Origin: a virus | Lineage: Duplodnaviria > Caudoviricetes | Strand: one strand, 5' to 3' | IMG/VR virus record: IMGVR_UViG_3300028483_000002 | Location: 9,580 to 73,579 of that record | DNA length: 64,000 bases | Shown: piece by piece, positions 19,711 to 28,524 of the stretch | How the letters are laid out: each line of letters opens with the position of its first letter | Numbering within the stretch: the stretch's first letter is position 1 | Program-made: the position numbers and the translations under genes | The notes under the pieces: model-generated | The model's database searches: none | Told to the model about the DNA's origin: nothing | The model's input: the letters and a program-made list of their open reading frames with translations, nothing else

Positions 19711-19920
19711 ATGAATTTAGAAACACAAGAATTTTGGATTAGAGTTAACAAATTAACAAAAGAAAAGAAACTTACACAAATCAAACTTTGTGAAAAATGT
19801 AACATTGCGTTGCCCACTTACAAGGGATGGATAATGAGAGGTATATATCCAAACGCAAAGCAGGTTGTAGACATGGCAAAAATCTTAGAGACAACACCTG
19901 ATTTTTTGGTCTATGGGTAA
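19711..19920 (+). CDS. XRE/CI-like HTH regulator (likely ATG 19711, no SD)
   Basis: LTQIKLCEKCNIALPTYKGWIMRGIYPNAKQVVDMAKILETTPDFLVYG; divergent from the methyltransferase. Confidence 0.8.
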   Translation: MNLETQEFWIRVNKLTKEKKLTQIKLCEKCNIALPTYKGWIMRGIYPNAKQVVDMAKILETTPDFLVYG

Positions 19921-19985
19921 AATATTTTATTGACAATTAAAATATTTTATATTAATTTAAGTTTAATTATTACGTTGTAATAATT

Positions 19986-20030
19986 AAGGTTGGTAAAAAG
20001 AGTCTCCGTTCTGTTTACCAACCTTTTTTT
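19986..20030 (+). terminator. Intrinsic terminator between the convergent HTH and cargo genes
   Basis: AAGGTTGGTAAA...TTTACCAACCTT followed by a T tract. Confidence 0.65.
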
Positions 20031-20035
20031 AATTT

Positions 20036-23000
20036 TTAATTAATTCTGATATAAAATCTGCCATTCTTAATATAGAATAGTGATTTTTTTACAGTTTTTG
20101 GTTTTAATTCCTTTTCAACCTTTTTCAATTCTGCTTCGTATGTAGAAATCTTTCCTGGTAAGGTTTTTAGATTTTCCTGTGCTTGTTTTAAGTAATACTC
20201 ACCATTGTAATAATTTGTATTACCAGAATATCTTTCAACATCTTCTTTTGCACTTGCCAATTGTTTTTTCATATTAGTAACAGAATTTTTAAGTGCAGCT
20301 CTTTTTACCTGATTGTAATAAGGATTTGATGGGCTGATAGTAATACTATCTTTCTCAAAATAATCAGTCATAATATCTGAATTATTCTCTACTTTATCCG
20401 TTTCTGAACTTAAAAAACCTAACGATGAACCATACCTGTCTGAATGTACTTTTATTGGACCATTTACATCCCCAATACCATAATAAACAGAAACGTATTC
20501 CCCATCAGGTTTTCTAATTCCGTTTACAGTAAACTGATATGGTTTTACTTCTTTGGCTTTTGCTTTGGCTTTTTCTTTTAATTTTTCGTCAATAGTTGTA
20601 AGTTCAATTTTTACATTTTCGCCATTTTCACCATTTTGTTTTCTGTATTCATATCTGTAATTTGGATTACTGTGATAAGAATGGTTTAGCGGCCAACTTC
20701 CTCCATAAGACTTAGATTCAGAACCGTCTTTGTTTAATTTAATTAGATTAAAATGAGTTCCATTATTGGCAACATTTCCAATTCTGAAAAGACCATTTTC
20801 ACCTTTTGTGTAAGAGTTAGAAATTTTGACAATATCACCTTCTTTTATTTCTTGTCCTGTAGTTGTGTCTTTTACTTTAGAAACAACATTACCGTTTACT
20901 ACTTTTAAGCCATTTTTTTGAGCTTCCAGAATTCTTCCAATTTCTTGAACATTTTTCCATTGTTCTTCATCTTTTGGATCTTTTCTATGCCCCCAATATG
21001 AATACCCAGTTTTTGTTTCATACAACTTAGTCATAACATCATGAGAAGATTGTGTTTTTAATTCTCTTTCAATATCTGCAAGAGTTATCCTTGATGGTAA
21101 ATTACCAATTACAGATGGAGCAAAAATACCGGCACTCTGTTGATAACCTGCAATAAGTTCATCTAACATATCAGCCTTTGCTCTTTTTTCACCAAGTTCT
21201 TTTCCGCTACCGTCAGATGTTACAATATCATACATTTCTTTTGAATCTGGTACAGAAATTTTATCTCTTAACTTTTTAATTTCATCCAAAGATAATTCAG
21301 CAAAATCGTTTTTGTAATCTTCCCTAGTTTTGTTATATGAATCGTTGTATTCATCCCATCTATTTGATTCTAAACGGTACTGTTCCATTTCTTTATCTTG
21401 GTTATATTGTTTTTCTGCTTCATCAATTGCACCGTGTTCCAAAGAATTAGTTGTTCTATTACGCAATTCATCAAAGAATTTATCACCAACAGTTTGATTG
21501 TTTTTAATCCTATCAAGAATTCCGTTTTTCATTTTCCATACTTCGTCTTGACGTTTTCTATTCTCAATAATTTTATAAAGTTCAGAATAATTACCGTCTA
21601 ATAATAATTGTCCTTCTGTATGGTAATTTTCATCTTCCAATAACGAAAAGATTTTATATAATTCAACAGTATCACCATTATGAATTGCATTAGACCAACG
21701 ATGTACATAAGATTCTAATAAATCAGTAGTAATACCATGTTCCCATTGTTTTTCTCTTTCATCTTTAATATTTTCCCAAATATTTTGAAGCTCTTCTTTT
21801 GAAAAATCTTCAACAATGTCTTTATATTTTAGTTTTTTTTGTTGCCCACGTTCATCTAAGAAATCTTTTTTTGCAACAAATTTACCACCATTATCATATT
21901 GTTTTTTCAAATCCAATAAGAAAGTAGATAAATCATCAACTTTAGCACCAGCAATAATATTAACAAGATTATTCATAAACAATGGGTCTCTTTTTATGCT
22001 ATTTGCCATTAATCTAGCATAATTTCTATCATCCCATTCCCCATTTGAATCTTCATATACTTCTGCTACTTTTCCCATTAGATAATCAAAATTATCTTTA
22101 CTGATTGTGTAATTTCCAATAGCAGCGTTTAATGATGTTTGTGGTGTTGAAGTGTTTAGTCCATTATCGGCAGCATTGGTAATTTCCCCACTTTGATAAT
22201 AAGAATCGAATTCTTCCATGCTATCAAACTCAATTCTTTCACCATCTTTAGAAGTCATAATTGGAGCATCATTTTTATCAAATCCAACTATAGTCCAAAC
22301 TTTTCCCTCAAAATTATATTGATAACCTTCTTTAATTGGATCTTCAATTACAGTAATATCTTTTTTGGCATTATCATTATTCAATAAAGCAATCGAATTT
22401 CCATGTTCTTGTTTTTGCCCGTTTTCTTCTGCCTCATTAGCGACTTCTTGATTTGTTGGATTAAGTTTCTGTAAATCTTTAACAAATAGTCTAGCAACTT
22501 TTCCATCATCAAATTTTACCATAACCATTTTATCGCTAACTAAATTTGTAATAGAACCTGTTGCCCCATTAAATGACACTTTATCACCAATGTCAAAATC
22601 CAAAGTGTTATTTAATTCAACTTTTTTATCTTCTGGAACAGAATTATACATAGAGTAGATTTTTCTCATTAATGAGTTATTCCATTTTGTTTCAAAGTTT
22701 TTTTCATCATTAGAAGTTAAAGTTTGCTTTTCTTTTTTCTCTTGATCAATTATTTTCTGTTTTGAATTAGAAGATTTCTCTTTTTTGTTTGATGGTGTTT
22801 TATATCTGTCGCGATTGAATTTATCACTAAAGAATTTATCCCACACTTTTTTATTGGATAAGTATTCTAAGACGTGAGCCCCAAATTCATTTTTGGTTAC
22901 ACCATAAGCACTTTCTATGTTATTTCTAACATAAGCGTCTGTGATTTTTTCTTCTTTAATTCCAAAAATAGCCATCAAAGTTTTTAATGGGCTTTTGAAA

Positions 23001-23158
23001 TCTTTAGGATAAATATAGTTATATCCTTTCCCAGCCTTTTTTGGAATTCTTCTGATGTATTTATGACTTCTTCCTGATTTTTCGATGAAGTTATCCCAAT
23101 ACATTTTTGCAAATGTTTTTGAAACTGTAAACATTTTCTCCCCCCCCCTTATAAACAA
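20036..23158 (-). CDS. Large (about 1030 aa) putative capsid-packaged polyvalent protein (likely ATG 23134)
   Basis: KSGRSHKYIRRIPKKAGKGYNYIYP motif; KOW/SH3-like units (FDIGDKVSF, IKEGDIVKI); ends KKSLFYIKNGRFYIRIN. Confidence 0.55.
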   Translation of the reverse strand: MFIRGGEKMFTVSKTFAKMYWDNFIEKSGRSHKYIRRIPKKAGKGYNYIYPKDFKSPLKTLMAIFGIKEEKITDAYVRNNIESAYGVTKNEFGAHVLEYLSNKKVWDKFFSDKFNRDRYKTPSNKKEKSSNSKQKIIDQEKKEKQTLTSNDEKNFETKWNNSLMRKIYSMYNSVPEDKKVELNNTLDFDIGDKVSFNGATGSITNLVSDKMVMVKFDDGKVARLFVKDLQKLNPTNQEVANEAEENGQKQEHGNSIALLNNDNAKKDITVIEDPIKEGYQYNFEGKVWTIVGFDKNDAPIMTSKDGERIEFDSMEEFDSYYQSGEITNAADNGLNTSTPQTSLNAAIGNYTISKDNFDYLMGKVAEVYEDSNGEWDDRNYARLMANSIKRDPLFMNNLVNIIAGAKVDDLSTFLLDLKKQYDNGGKFVAKKDFLDERGQQKKLKYKDIVEDFSKEELQNIWENIKDEREKQWEHGITTDLLESYVHRWSNAIHNGDTVELYKIFSLLEDENYHTEGQLLLDGNYSELYKIIENRKRQDEVWKMKNGILDRIKNNQTVGDKFFDELRNRTTNSLEHGAIDEAEKQYNQDKEMEQYRLESNRWDEYNDSYNKTREDYKNDFAELSLDEIKKLRDKISVPDSKEMYDIVTSDGSGKELGEKRAKADMLDELIAGYQQSAGIFAPSVIGNLPSRITLADIERELKTQSSHDVMTKLYETKTGYSYWGHRKDPKDEEQWKNVQEIGRILEAQKNGLKVVNGNVVSKVKDTTTGQEIKEGDIVKISNSYTKGENGLFRIGNVANNGTHFNLIKLNKDGSESKSYGGSWPLNHSYHSNPNYRYEYRKQNGENGENVKIELTTIDEKLKEKAKAKAKEVKPYQFTVNGIRKPDGEYVSVYYGIGDVNGPIKVHSDRYGSSLGFLSSETDKVENNSDIMTDYFEKDSITISPSNPYYNQVKRAALKNSVTNMKKQLASAKEDVERYSGNTNYYNGEYYLKQAQENLKTLPGKISTYEAELKKVEKELKPKTVKKSLFYIKNGRFYIRIN

Positions 23159-23230
23159 AAAAGGCAGCTATCAAAAAACAAGTATTATTACTTGAAATTT
23201 GATAACTGCCTTTGTTTTAGACACATTATT
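23157..23230 (-). promoter_or_regulatory. Late leader element L4
   Basis: AATAATGTGTCT...GGCAGTTATCAAA...TTGATAGCTGCC followed by T6. Confidence 0.7.
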
Positions 23231-23282
23231 TAATAAAAGACTATCACATATTTATTAATTTCTCGCTTCTTATAAAAAGAAT

Positions 23283-23453
23283 CTATCTTATTCTTATATC
23301 CCCATATTTTTTTAGATATGCTTTTAACGCATCTACAACCTCTTTAGGCGTATTTTCTTTTAAATTATCTAATGTTTCATCTTTACTTGGATCAATTAAA
23401 TATTTTCGCCAAGGAAACATTTTTTCATAATCGCCAGGATTGCTTGTTATCAT
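23283..23453 (-). CDS. Small putative immunity protein downstream of the peptidase cargo gene
   Basis: MITSNPGDYEKMFPWRKYLIDP...LKENTPKEVVDALKAYLKK starts 4 nt after the upstream stop; the ORF track extends it to 23633. Confidence 0.45.
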   Translation of the reverse strand: MITSNPGDYEKMFPWRKYLIDPSKDETLDNLKENTPKEVVDALKAYLKKYGDIRIR

Positions 23454-23457
23454 TATT

Positions 23458-24978
23458 TTACCTCTTAATTGCATTATATTCCATTTTTGCAAGTTGTACA
23501 ATCCTTTTACTAAATGGGCTTGCGTTTTCGCCATATTGGTATACATCAGCAAAGGCTTCTGCAAATAGTTCCATATCAGTTTCTTCTGCATAATCAGAAA
23601 TAGTAAGTTTAGCATCTTCATAAGACATACCATTTAATTGAGTTTGTCGTATTTGTTCGTATGCTTTTTTACAAATTTCTACATCAGAATACATTCCATT
23701 ATTTTTTAATAATGCTGCTAAAACATGAGCTCCTTCATGATACCCAAATGATTCTGCATTTAATTGCTCATCCCCTGCATGAAAATATATATTCTTATCT
23801 TCCTCTTTTTTTGTTCCATCTTCAATTATAAACTTAGATCCAAAACTTATTTCTATTGGTTTTTCATTAATAAATTGAACACACATTATACAATTTTCTC
23901 TCGTAATTCCAATTCTTGGGATTAATTTTTGAACTAAAGGAAACTCATCAAGAAATTCAAGTAACCCAATAGAACATTTTTTCGTATCTTCAAACATTGC
24001 TCTTTTTTTTAAGTCGTCAGAAACTTCAATGCCATATTTATTTACTATATTTTCATAATCATCAAAGTTTCTTGCTTTATTTAATATATTTTTAGAAGTA
24101 TCTCTTTTATTATATTCTTTATGATAATTTTTAAATAAATCAATTCTTTTTTCAATATAGTTTGCTGCATTTACTACCTTTTTATTAGGAATCCCTTTTG
24201 ATATTAAAAATTCTGAAACCCTTTCAATAACATTTTCTGTCGTAACATCTTTGTTTAATATTTTTCGTAATACAGTTTTATATTCTTTTTGAACTAGTTT
24301 ATCCCCAATAAATAATTTAAAATAATTTTGTATAGATTTATTGTTTCCTTTTAGTACACCTTGGTTTGGGAATTTTATAACACTGGTAATAAAATTTTCT
24401 CTCTCTTTAGAAATATCAGAAATATTATTAAAAGTAGTTTTGCTAGTATTAAGTTTAGATTTACGTTCATTCACAGCATTTTTTAATTCTTCTACAATCG
24501 GCAGTAATTTACCATCGCTATCCATAAATCTATTTGTATTTTCCATGACAAGTTGCAATAATTCATCAATACTTTTTGCATTTTCAATTTTCTTCTTAAT
24601 AATTGCAATTGATTGATTTGCTCCCCTAGAATGCACATCATAGATTTTTCGCCATTTTCCAGGAGCAATTTTTCTGTATTTATGCCCTTTCCACTCTCTA
24701 ACAGTTCCTATACCATATCCCCTAGATTTATTAATGCTATATTCAGTTAAAAATGTACGAGCCATTGAATTATCATAATCTTCAATCGCTTTACTAATTA
24801 TCTTTTCTTCTCTTACTTCACTTTCTTCTAAGATTTTTAACAACTCTTTTTTAAAGTGATTCAAAATCCTATTTGAATGTTTGTTTATTAAATTGTCATA
24901 AACACTTTTCTTTACTGTAATCATTTCATACCCCACCTTAAAATTGTTTACAATAATTCCGGGAATACTCTTACCCAT
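23458..24978 (-). CDS. Putative capsid cargo protein with C-terminal zincin metallopeptidase (toxin-like); likely ATG 24924
   Basis: MITVKKSV leader, KSRGYGIGTVREWKG module, GYHEGAH plus ISDYAEETDMELFAEAF. Confidence 0.65.
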   Translation of the reverse strand: MGKSIPGIIVNNFKVGYEMITVKKSVYDNLINKHSNRILNHFKKELLKILEESEVREEKIISKAIEDYDNSMARTFLTEYSINKSRGYGIGTVREWKGHKYRKIAPGKWRKIYDVHSRGANQSIAIIKKKIENAKSIDELLQLVMENTNRFMDSDGKLLPIVEELKNAVNERKSKLNTSKTTFNNISDISKERENFITSVIKFPNQGVLKGNNKSIQNYFKLFIGDKLVQKEYKTVLRKILNKDVTTENVIERVSEFLISKGIPNKKVVNAANYIEKRIDLFKNYHKEYNKRDTSKNILNKARNFDDYENIVNKYGIEVSDDLKKRAMFEDTKKCSIGLLEFLDEFPLVQKLIPRIGITRENCIMCVQFINEKPIEISFGSKFIIEDGTKKEEDKNIYFHAGDEQLNAESFGYHEGAHVLAALLKNNGMYSDVEICKKAYEQIRQTQLNGMSYEDAKLTISDYAEETDMELFAEAFADVYQYGENASPFSKRIVQLAKMEYNAIKR

Positions 24979-27692
24979 GAACCTCTACACCACGGATGAA
25001 CAGTTGCAATTGGAGCATCACCATCCAATTTGCCTTCCCATATCGCATATTTTGCATAAGGATCTTTTATTCTTTCGTTTGGCAATGGAACATCACTCCA
25101 CAATGCAATAGCACCTTTTAATTTTTGGCACTTTTTACAGGTGTTGTCATCTAACACTTCATAGCGTTCAAAATATACCTTTTCTTCTGGTTTGGTGTTG
25201 TACACTTCTTCTTTGATATAAGCTGTATTTGTTGCAATTTGTAATTCTGTATCAGCGATTCGTTGCATATCCCTATTCAAACTTGCGCATTTATCAAATA
25301 AGTTTTGAGCCACAACCGACTTGCTTGATTTGTCTCTTACACCATCAATTATTATTTGTTGGATATTATTTCTCATATCATCTTTAACACGTGTAACTCT
25401 TTGAGTTGCAGAATCAATTGCAACTTGAATTCTTGCAGCCCTTTCTCTAGTGATACTTTCCCCAAAAACATCTTTTATGTTTTTAACACTCTCACTTATC
25501 CAATCAACATCTTTTCTTTTTATTTTTAATTCAGACAGGTGCATTTTTTTTATTGCAGATAAAGAATTTGTTTTACTTAATCGTTCCAATATAGCACCTA
25601 ATGCTTCGCCACTCAGAACAATTTTTTCACCAATACCAGAATAATTACGATTTAGAAACTTTTCTAATTCTGTAATAAAACGTTGCCATTCTTTAGTTGA
25701 TATTGGTTTACCATTTTCAGGATTGTAAATAACCTTACCTTTCCATTTCAATTTAGCTTTACTTACAATTCTTATATCAGGTAAATCAAAATAAGAAATC
25801 ACAAAATTATAAATTGCTAAAGTTTTTTGAGATAATTCTCTAAACAATTTATCTGTCAGTTCTTCTTCGGCCTTGTACAAAAACTTTTCACCTTGTACAG
25901 TTTTCATGTTTGTATCTAAAGACAATGAAACTTTATGCAGAGCTTTTTCAATTTTTTCTTTGTCAAAATTTGTAAATCTCAAATATAAATTATCATATCT
26001 TGTAGATTTATTATCAGATTGAATATGTTTAATTACAAAAGGTTTATTTTCGTAAATTGCATTAAGAGCCTTTTCTAATTGTTCATACTTTTTTTGTTTG
26101 TTATTTTCTGTAATATCAGTTATACAAACATCAAAGGATTTATGTATTCTACTACCTTGTTTTGAGAATACAAAAGACTTAAATTGTTCTACAGTTAAAG
26201 TTTCCATACTTCCAAAAAATCCTGGTCTATCATATTGTTTCATATATGCTTTTTTTGCTGCTTCTGCATTTTCAAAACACAACATACATTTATCTTCATC
26301 GTATTTATGAGTAACAGGATTGTTTTGATGAATTACATAAACTTTTTTTGCGTTTTTATCAGGACCAATATAACAATCTACAAAGTCTGAATCAGTCCCT
26401 ACAGTTCCCCTAATATATCCATAATCATAGTGCATTAAAGTTTTCCACTTATGCCCATCTGAATCAACACCACTTCTATAAGTTCCTTTTTTATTTTCAA
26501 TGGAAATATCCATGCCATAAAGTTTAGTTCTACCCTGTAATTTATGGCCGGAATAAGTTAAAGATTTTGTTAAAGCCTTATATGCTTTGTACGCAATTAC
26601 ATTTTCTACATCTTGATGCAATTGTTCTTCTGCTACAAACCTTGTCAATTTATCATCATACTTCTGAATAACAGAATCATAATTTAAGCCTTTTTTATCA
26701 CAAAGATGATGTAATTCTACTTTCCAATCAGTGAATAATGATTTTGTAACATTTTTACTTGACAAATTATTACAATGCACTATATTAATAGATGGAGATA
26801 GACTACAATCCGGTTGTAGTTGTAACGCTTTATTAAGCTGTCTCCCCTTAAATCCCTTGCTATTTTGCAAGGGATATTTTTTTAACAAAAGTTCTACAGA
26901 GTAGACTAACTTACCTGTAATTTTATATTCCTTAATTGTAATATATGCCATTCCTTTTCTTGTAGATAATTGAATAGGTATATTTCCTCTGTAAATAGAT
27001 TCTACGTTGTCATCACCTTTCCTATCTGGATATTTCTTAAAGTTTTCAACATTTTCAACAAGTTCTTTTATCTTTGATGCCGCTTCAAAATGCTCTTTTG
27101 TTGAAAAACCATTTAGAACAGATTTATTTATAGCTTTATCACAAGATAATTTATCAATAGATTTTTGAGAAAATCTAAATGTTAAATCTTTATTATGAAA
27201 GTTAGTCTGTTTATATTTTACCATTTCTTTCTTAAATGTATTTCTAAGCTCTGTTCTTAAAAGATATTCATTATGATCAATTTTTAATACTTTCCAAGCC
27301 GGAATTTTTTCATTTTCATTTTCTTTGTTTATAAAAATATAATCGTGAGAACCATTTATATAATATTCATATAAATCATACTTAGTCTTATCTAACTTAA
27401 ATTTTATTGGTTTTTGTTTTTCATCGGAAAGACCCTTTAATTTTTTTATTCTTATTCCATAAACATCAGCATCATATTCATATACCCAATGCCCATTTAC
27501 CCATCTTTTATTACGATATTTATGTGATTTTTGTATTTCTTTATCATTTTCAGAATATAAGTCCGATTTTTGCAGATTTTCTGCAAATTCGTCATTTAAA
27601 TTATCTTTTTTTTCATTTCTAACTTGCTTATAACTTTCTAATTTCTTTTTAATTTCTTCTGCAACAGATTTTTCAATTACTATTTTTCCCAT
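24948..27692 (-). CDS. MuF-family head morphogenesis protein fused to LPD3/BECR-like and inorganic-pyrophosphatase-like polyvalent domains
   Basis: C-terminal MuF motifs RIADTE...DDNTCKKCQKLKG...HPWCRG; InPase-like ISIENKKGTYRSG...HYDYGYIRGTVGTDSDFVDCYIG...YDEDKCML; LPD3-like KEHFEAASKIKELVEN...YPDRKGDDNV...AYITIKE...LVYSVEL. Confidence 0.75.
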   Translation of the reverse strand: MGKIVIEKSVAEEIKKKLESYKQVRNEKKDNLNDEFAENLQKSDLYSENDKEIQKSHKYRNKRWVNGHWVYEYDADVYGIRIKKLKGLSDEKQKPIKFKLDKTKYDLYEYYINGSHDYIFINKENENEKIPAWKVLKIDHNEYLLRTELRNTFKKEMVKYKQTNFHNKDLTFRFSQKSIDKLSCDKAINKSVLNGFSTKEHFEAASKIKELVENVENFKKYPDRKGDDNVESIYRGNIPIQLSTRKGMAYITIKEYKITGKLVYSVELLLKKYPLQNSKGFKGRQLNKALQLQPDCSLSPSINIVHCNNLSSKNVTKSLFTDWKVELHHLCDKKGLNYDSVIQKYDDKLTRFVAEEQLHQDVENVIAYKAYKALTKSLTYSGHKLQGRTKLYGMDISIENKKGTYRSGVDSDGHKWKTLMHYDYGYIRGTVGTDSDFVDCYIGPDKNAKKVYVIHQNNPVTHKYDEDKCMLCFENAEAAKKAYMKQYDRPGFFGSMETLTVEQFKSFVFSKQGSRIHKSFDVCITDITENNKQKKYEQLEKALNAIYENKPFVIKHIQSDNKSTRYDNLYLRFTNFDKEKIEKALHKVSLSLDTNMKTVQGEKFLYKAEEELTDKLFRELSQKTLAIYNFVISYFDLPDIRIVSKAKLKWKGKVIYNPENGKPISTKEWQRFITELEKFLNRNYSGIGEKIVLSGEALGAILERLSKTNSLSAIKKMHLSELKIKRKDVDWISESVKNIKDVFGESITRERAARIQVAIDSATQRVTRVKDDMRNNIQQIIIDGVRDKSSKSVVAQNLFDKCASLNRDMQRIADTELQIATNTAYIKEEVYNTKPEEKVYFERYEVLDDNTCKKCQKLKGAIALWSDVPLPNERIKDPYAKYAIWEGKLDGDAPIATVHPWCRGSWVRVFPELL
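26759..26883 (+). ncRNA. Putative antisense sRNA (promoter 26759-26786, RNA about 26791-26883) inside the MuF gene
   Basis: TTGACA-16-TATATT; GGAGATAG/CTGTCTCC closing stem with two inner hairpins; terminator ATCCCTTGC/GCAAGGGAT followed by a T tract. Confidence 0.55.
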
Positions 27693-27747
27693 TTTATCTC
27701 CTTTTAAATAAACAAGGGAAATTTCCCTTAATTTCCATTAATTTCCC

Positions 27748-27978
27748 TTATTTCGACATTTTCTTTTTACACAAATTCTTTAATCTAAACTTCCAATCAC
27801 AAATAAAGTATTGTTCATAATGCTTTTTATATTCCCCACCACTACCAACTCTTTCTTTACGACATCTTTTATTTGCTTGTCTTTTAAAAAATTGTTTATG
27901 TTTGCCATTATCTTTTACTATTGGAGTTTTTCGATAACTTCTACTCATGATTAAATTCCCCACAATCACATTCATCAT
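27748..27978 (-). CDS. Small basic hypothetical protein (likely ATG 27948, MSRSYRKTP)
   Basis: Basic ORF of a type common in phages. Confidence 0.45.
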   Translation of the reverse strand: MMNVIVGNLIMSRSYRKTPIVKDNGKHKQFFKRQANKRCRKERVGSGGEYKKHYEQYFICDWKFRLKNLCKKKMSK

Positions 27979-28097
27979 CAGATTTTTTATGTGTAAATAA
28001 ATCTTGCAATAGACAAAAACCTTTATTTTGTTTTAGAGCTTCCTTATGTTCGTACTCTCCGATTATATCAGTTTCTTCTACCCACCAAGTACAATTT

Positions 28098-28514
28098 TTA
28101 CATTTTGTGTCCATATTCAACTCCCCCTAATTGATTTGCCCAATTTTCAGGAAAGCCGCTGTAATACCAAACATCTCGCTGTGAATAAGTCCATTTTTTA
28201 TGAAACAATCTATCAAATATATTTCTTGCAACAGACGGAATTCCAACAATTAATAAATATAACCAACCTAACTTTTTGGATTGTAAAGAATACCCATATT
28301 CGTGTCTTAACGTGTTGTATAAATCCCCTGAAGAATAGTTAGAATCAATAATAATGTACTGCCCTAAACTTACCCCAAAATCAAAAAAATTATTAATTGA
28401 ATAACATATTATTCCTGATATTTCATGTTTTTTACCAAACAAAGATAAAACAAAACCTAAAATATTTTGGGGAAGTTGCCACACATACAAAACGAAAGCG
28501 ATTAAATATTTCAT
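28098..28514 (-). CDS. Membrane protein with a degenerate zincin motif
   Basis: WQLPQN..G, SLG.YI, LRHEYGYSLQS..LGWLYLLIVGIPS, YYSGFPENWANQLG. Confidence 0.55.
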   Translation of the reverse strand: MKYLIAFVLYVWQLPQNILGFVLSLFGKKHEISGIICYSINNFFDFGVSLGQYIIIDSNYSSGDLYNTLRHEYGYSLQSKKLGWLYLLIVGIPSVARNIFDRLFHKKWTYSQRDVWYYSGFPENWANQLGGVEYGHKM

Positions 28515-28524
28515 TCTTTATCTC

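Noticed and set aside
19921-20030. Possible third plus-strand sRNA (TTGACA at 19930, small hairpin, terminator)
   Set aside because: There is no good -10 at 16-18 nt and no GATGG motif; it is explained as the terminator of the HTH gene
23140-23148. G9 tract before the large cargo gene as a phase-variation switch
   Set aside because: It forms the SD upstream of the likely ATG at 23134, so a length change alters neither frame nor SD-ATG spacing
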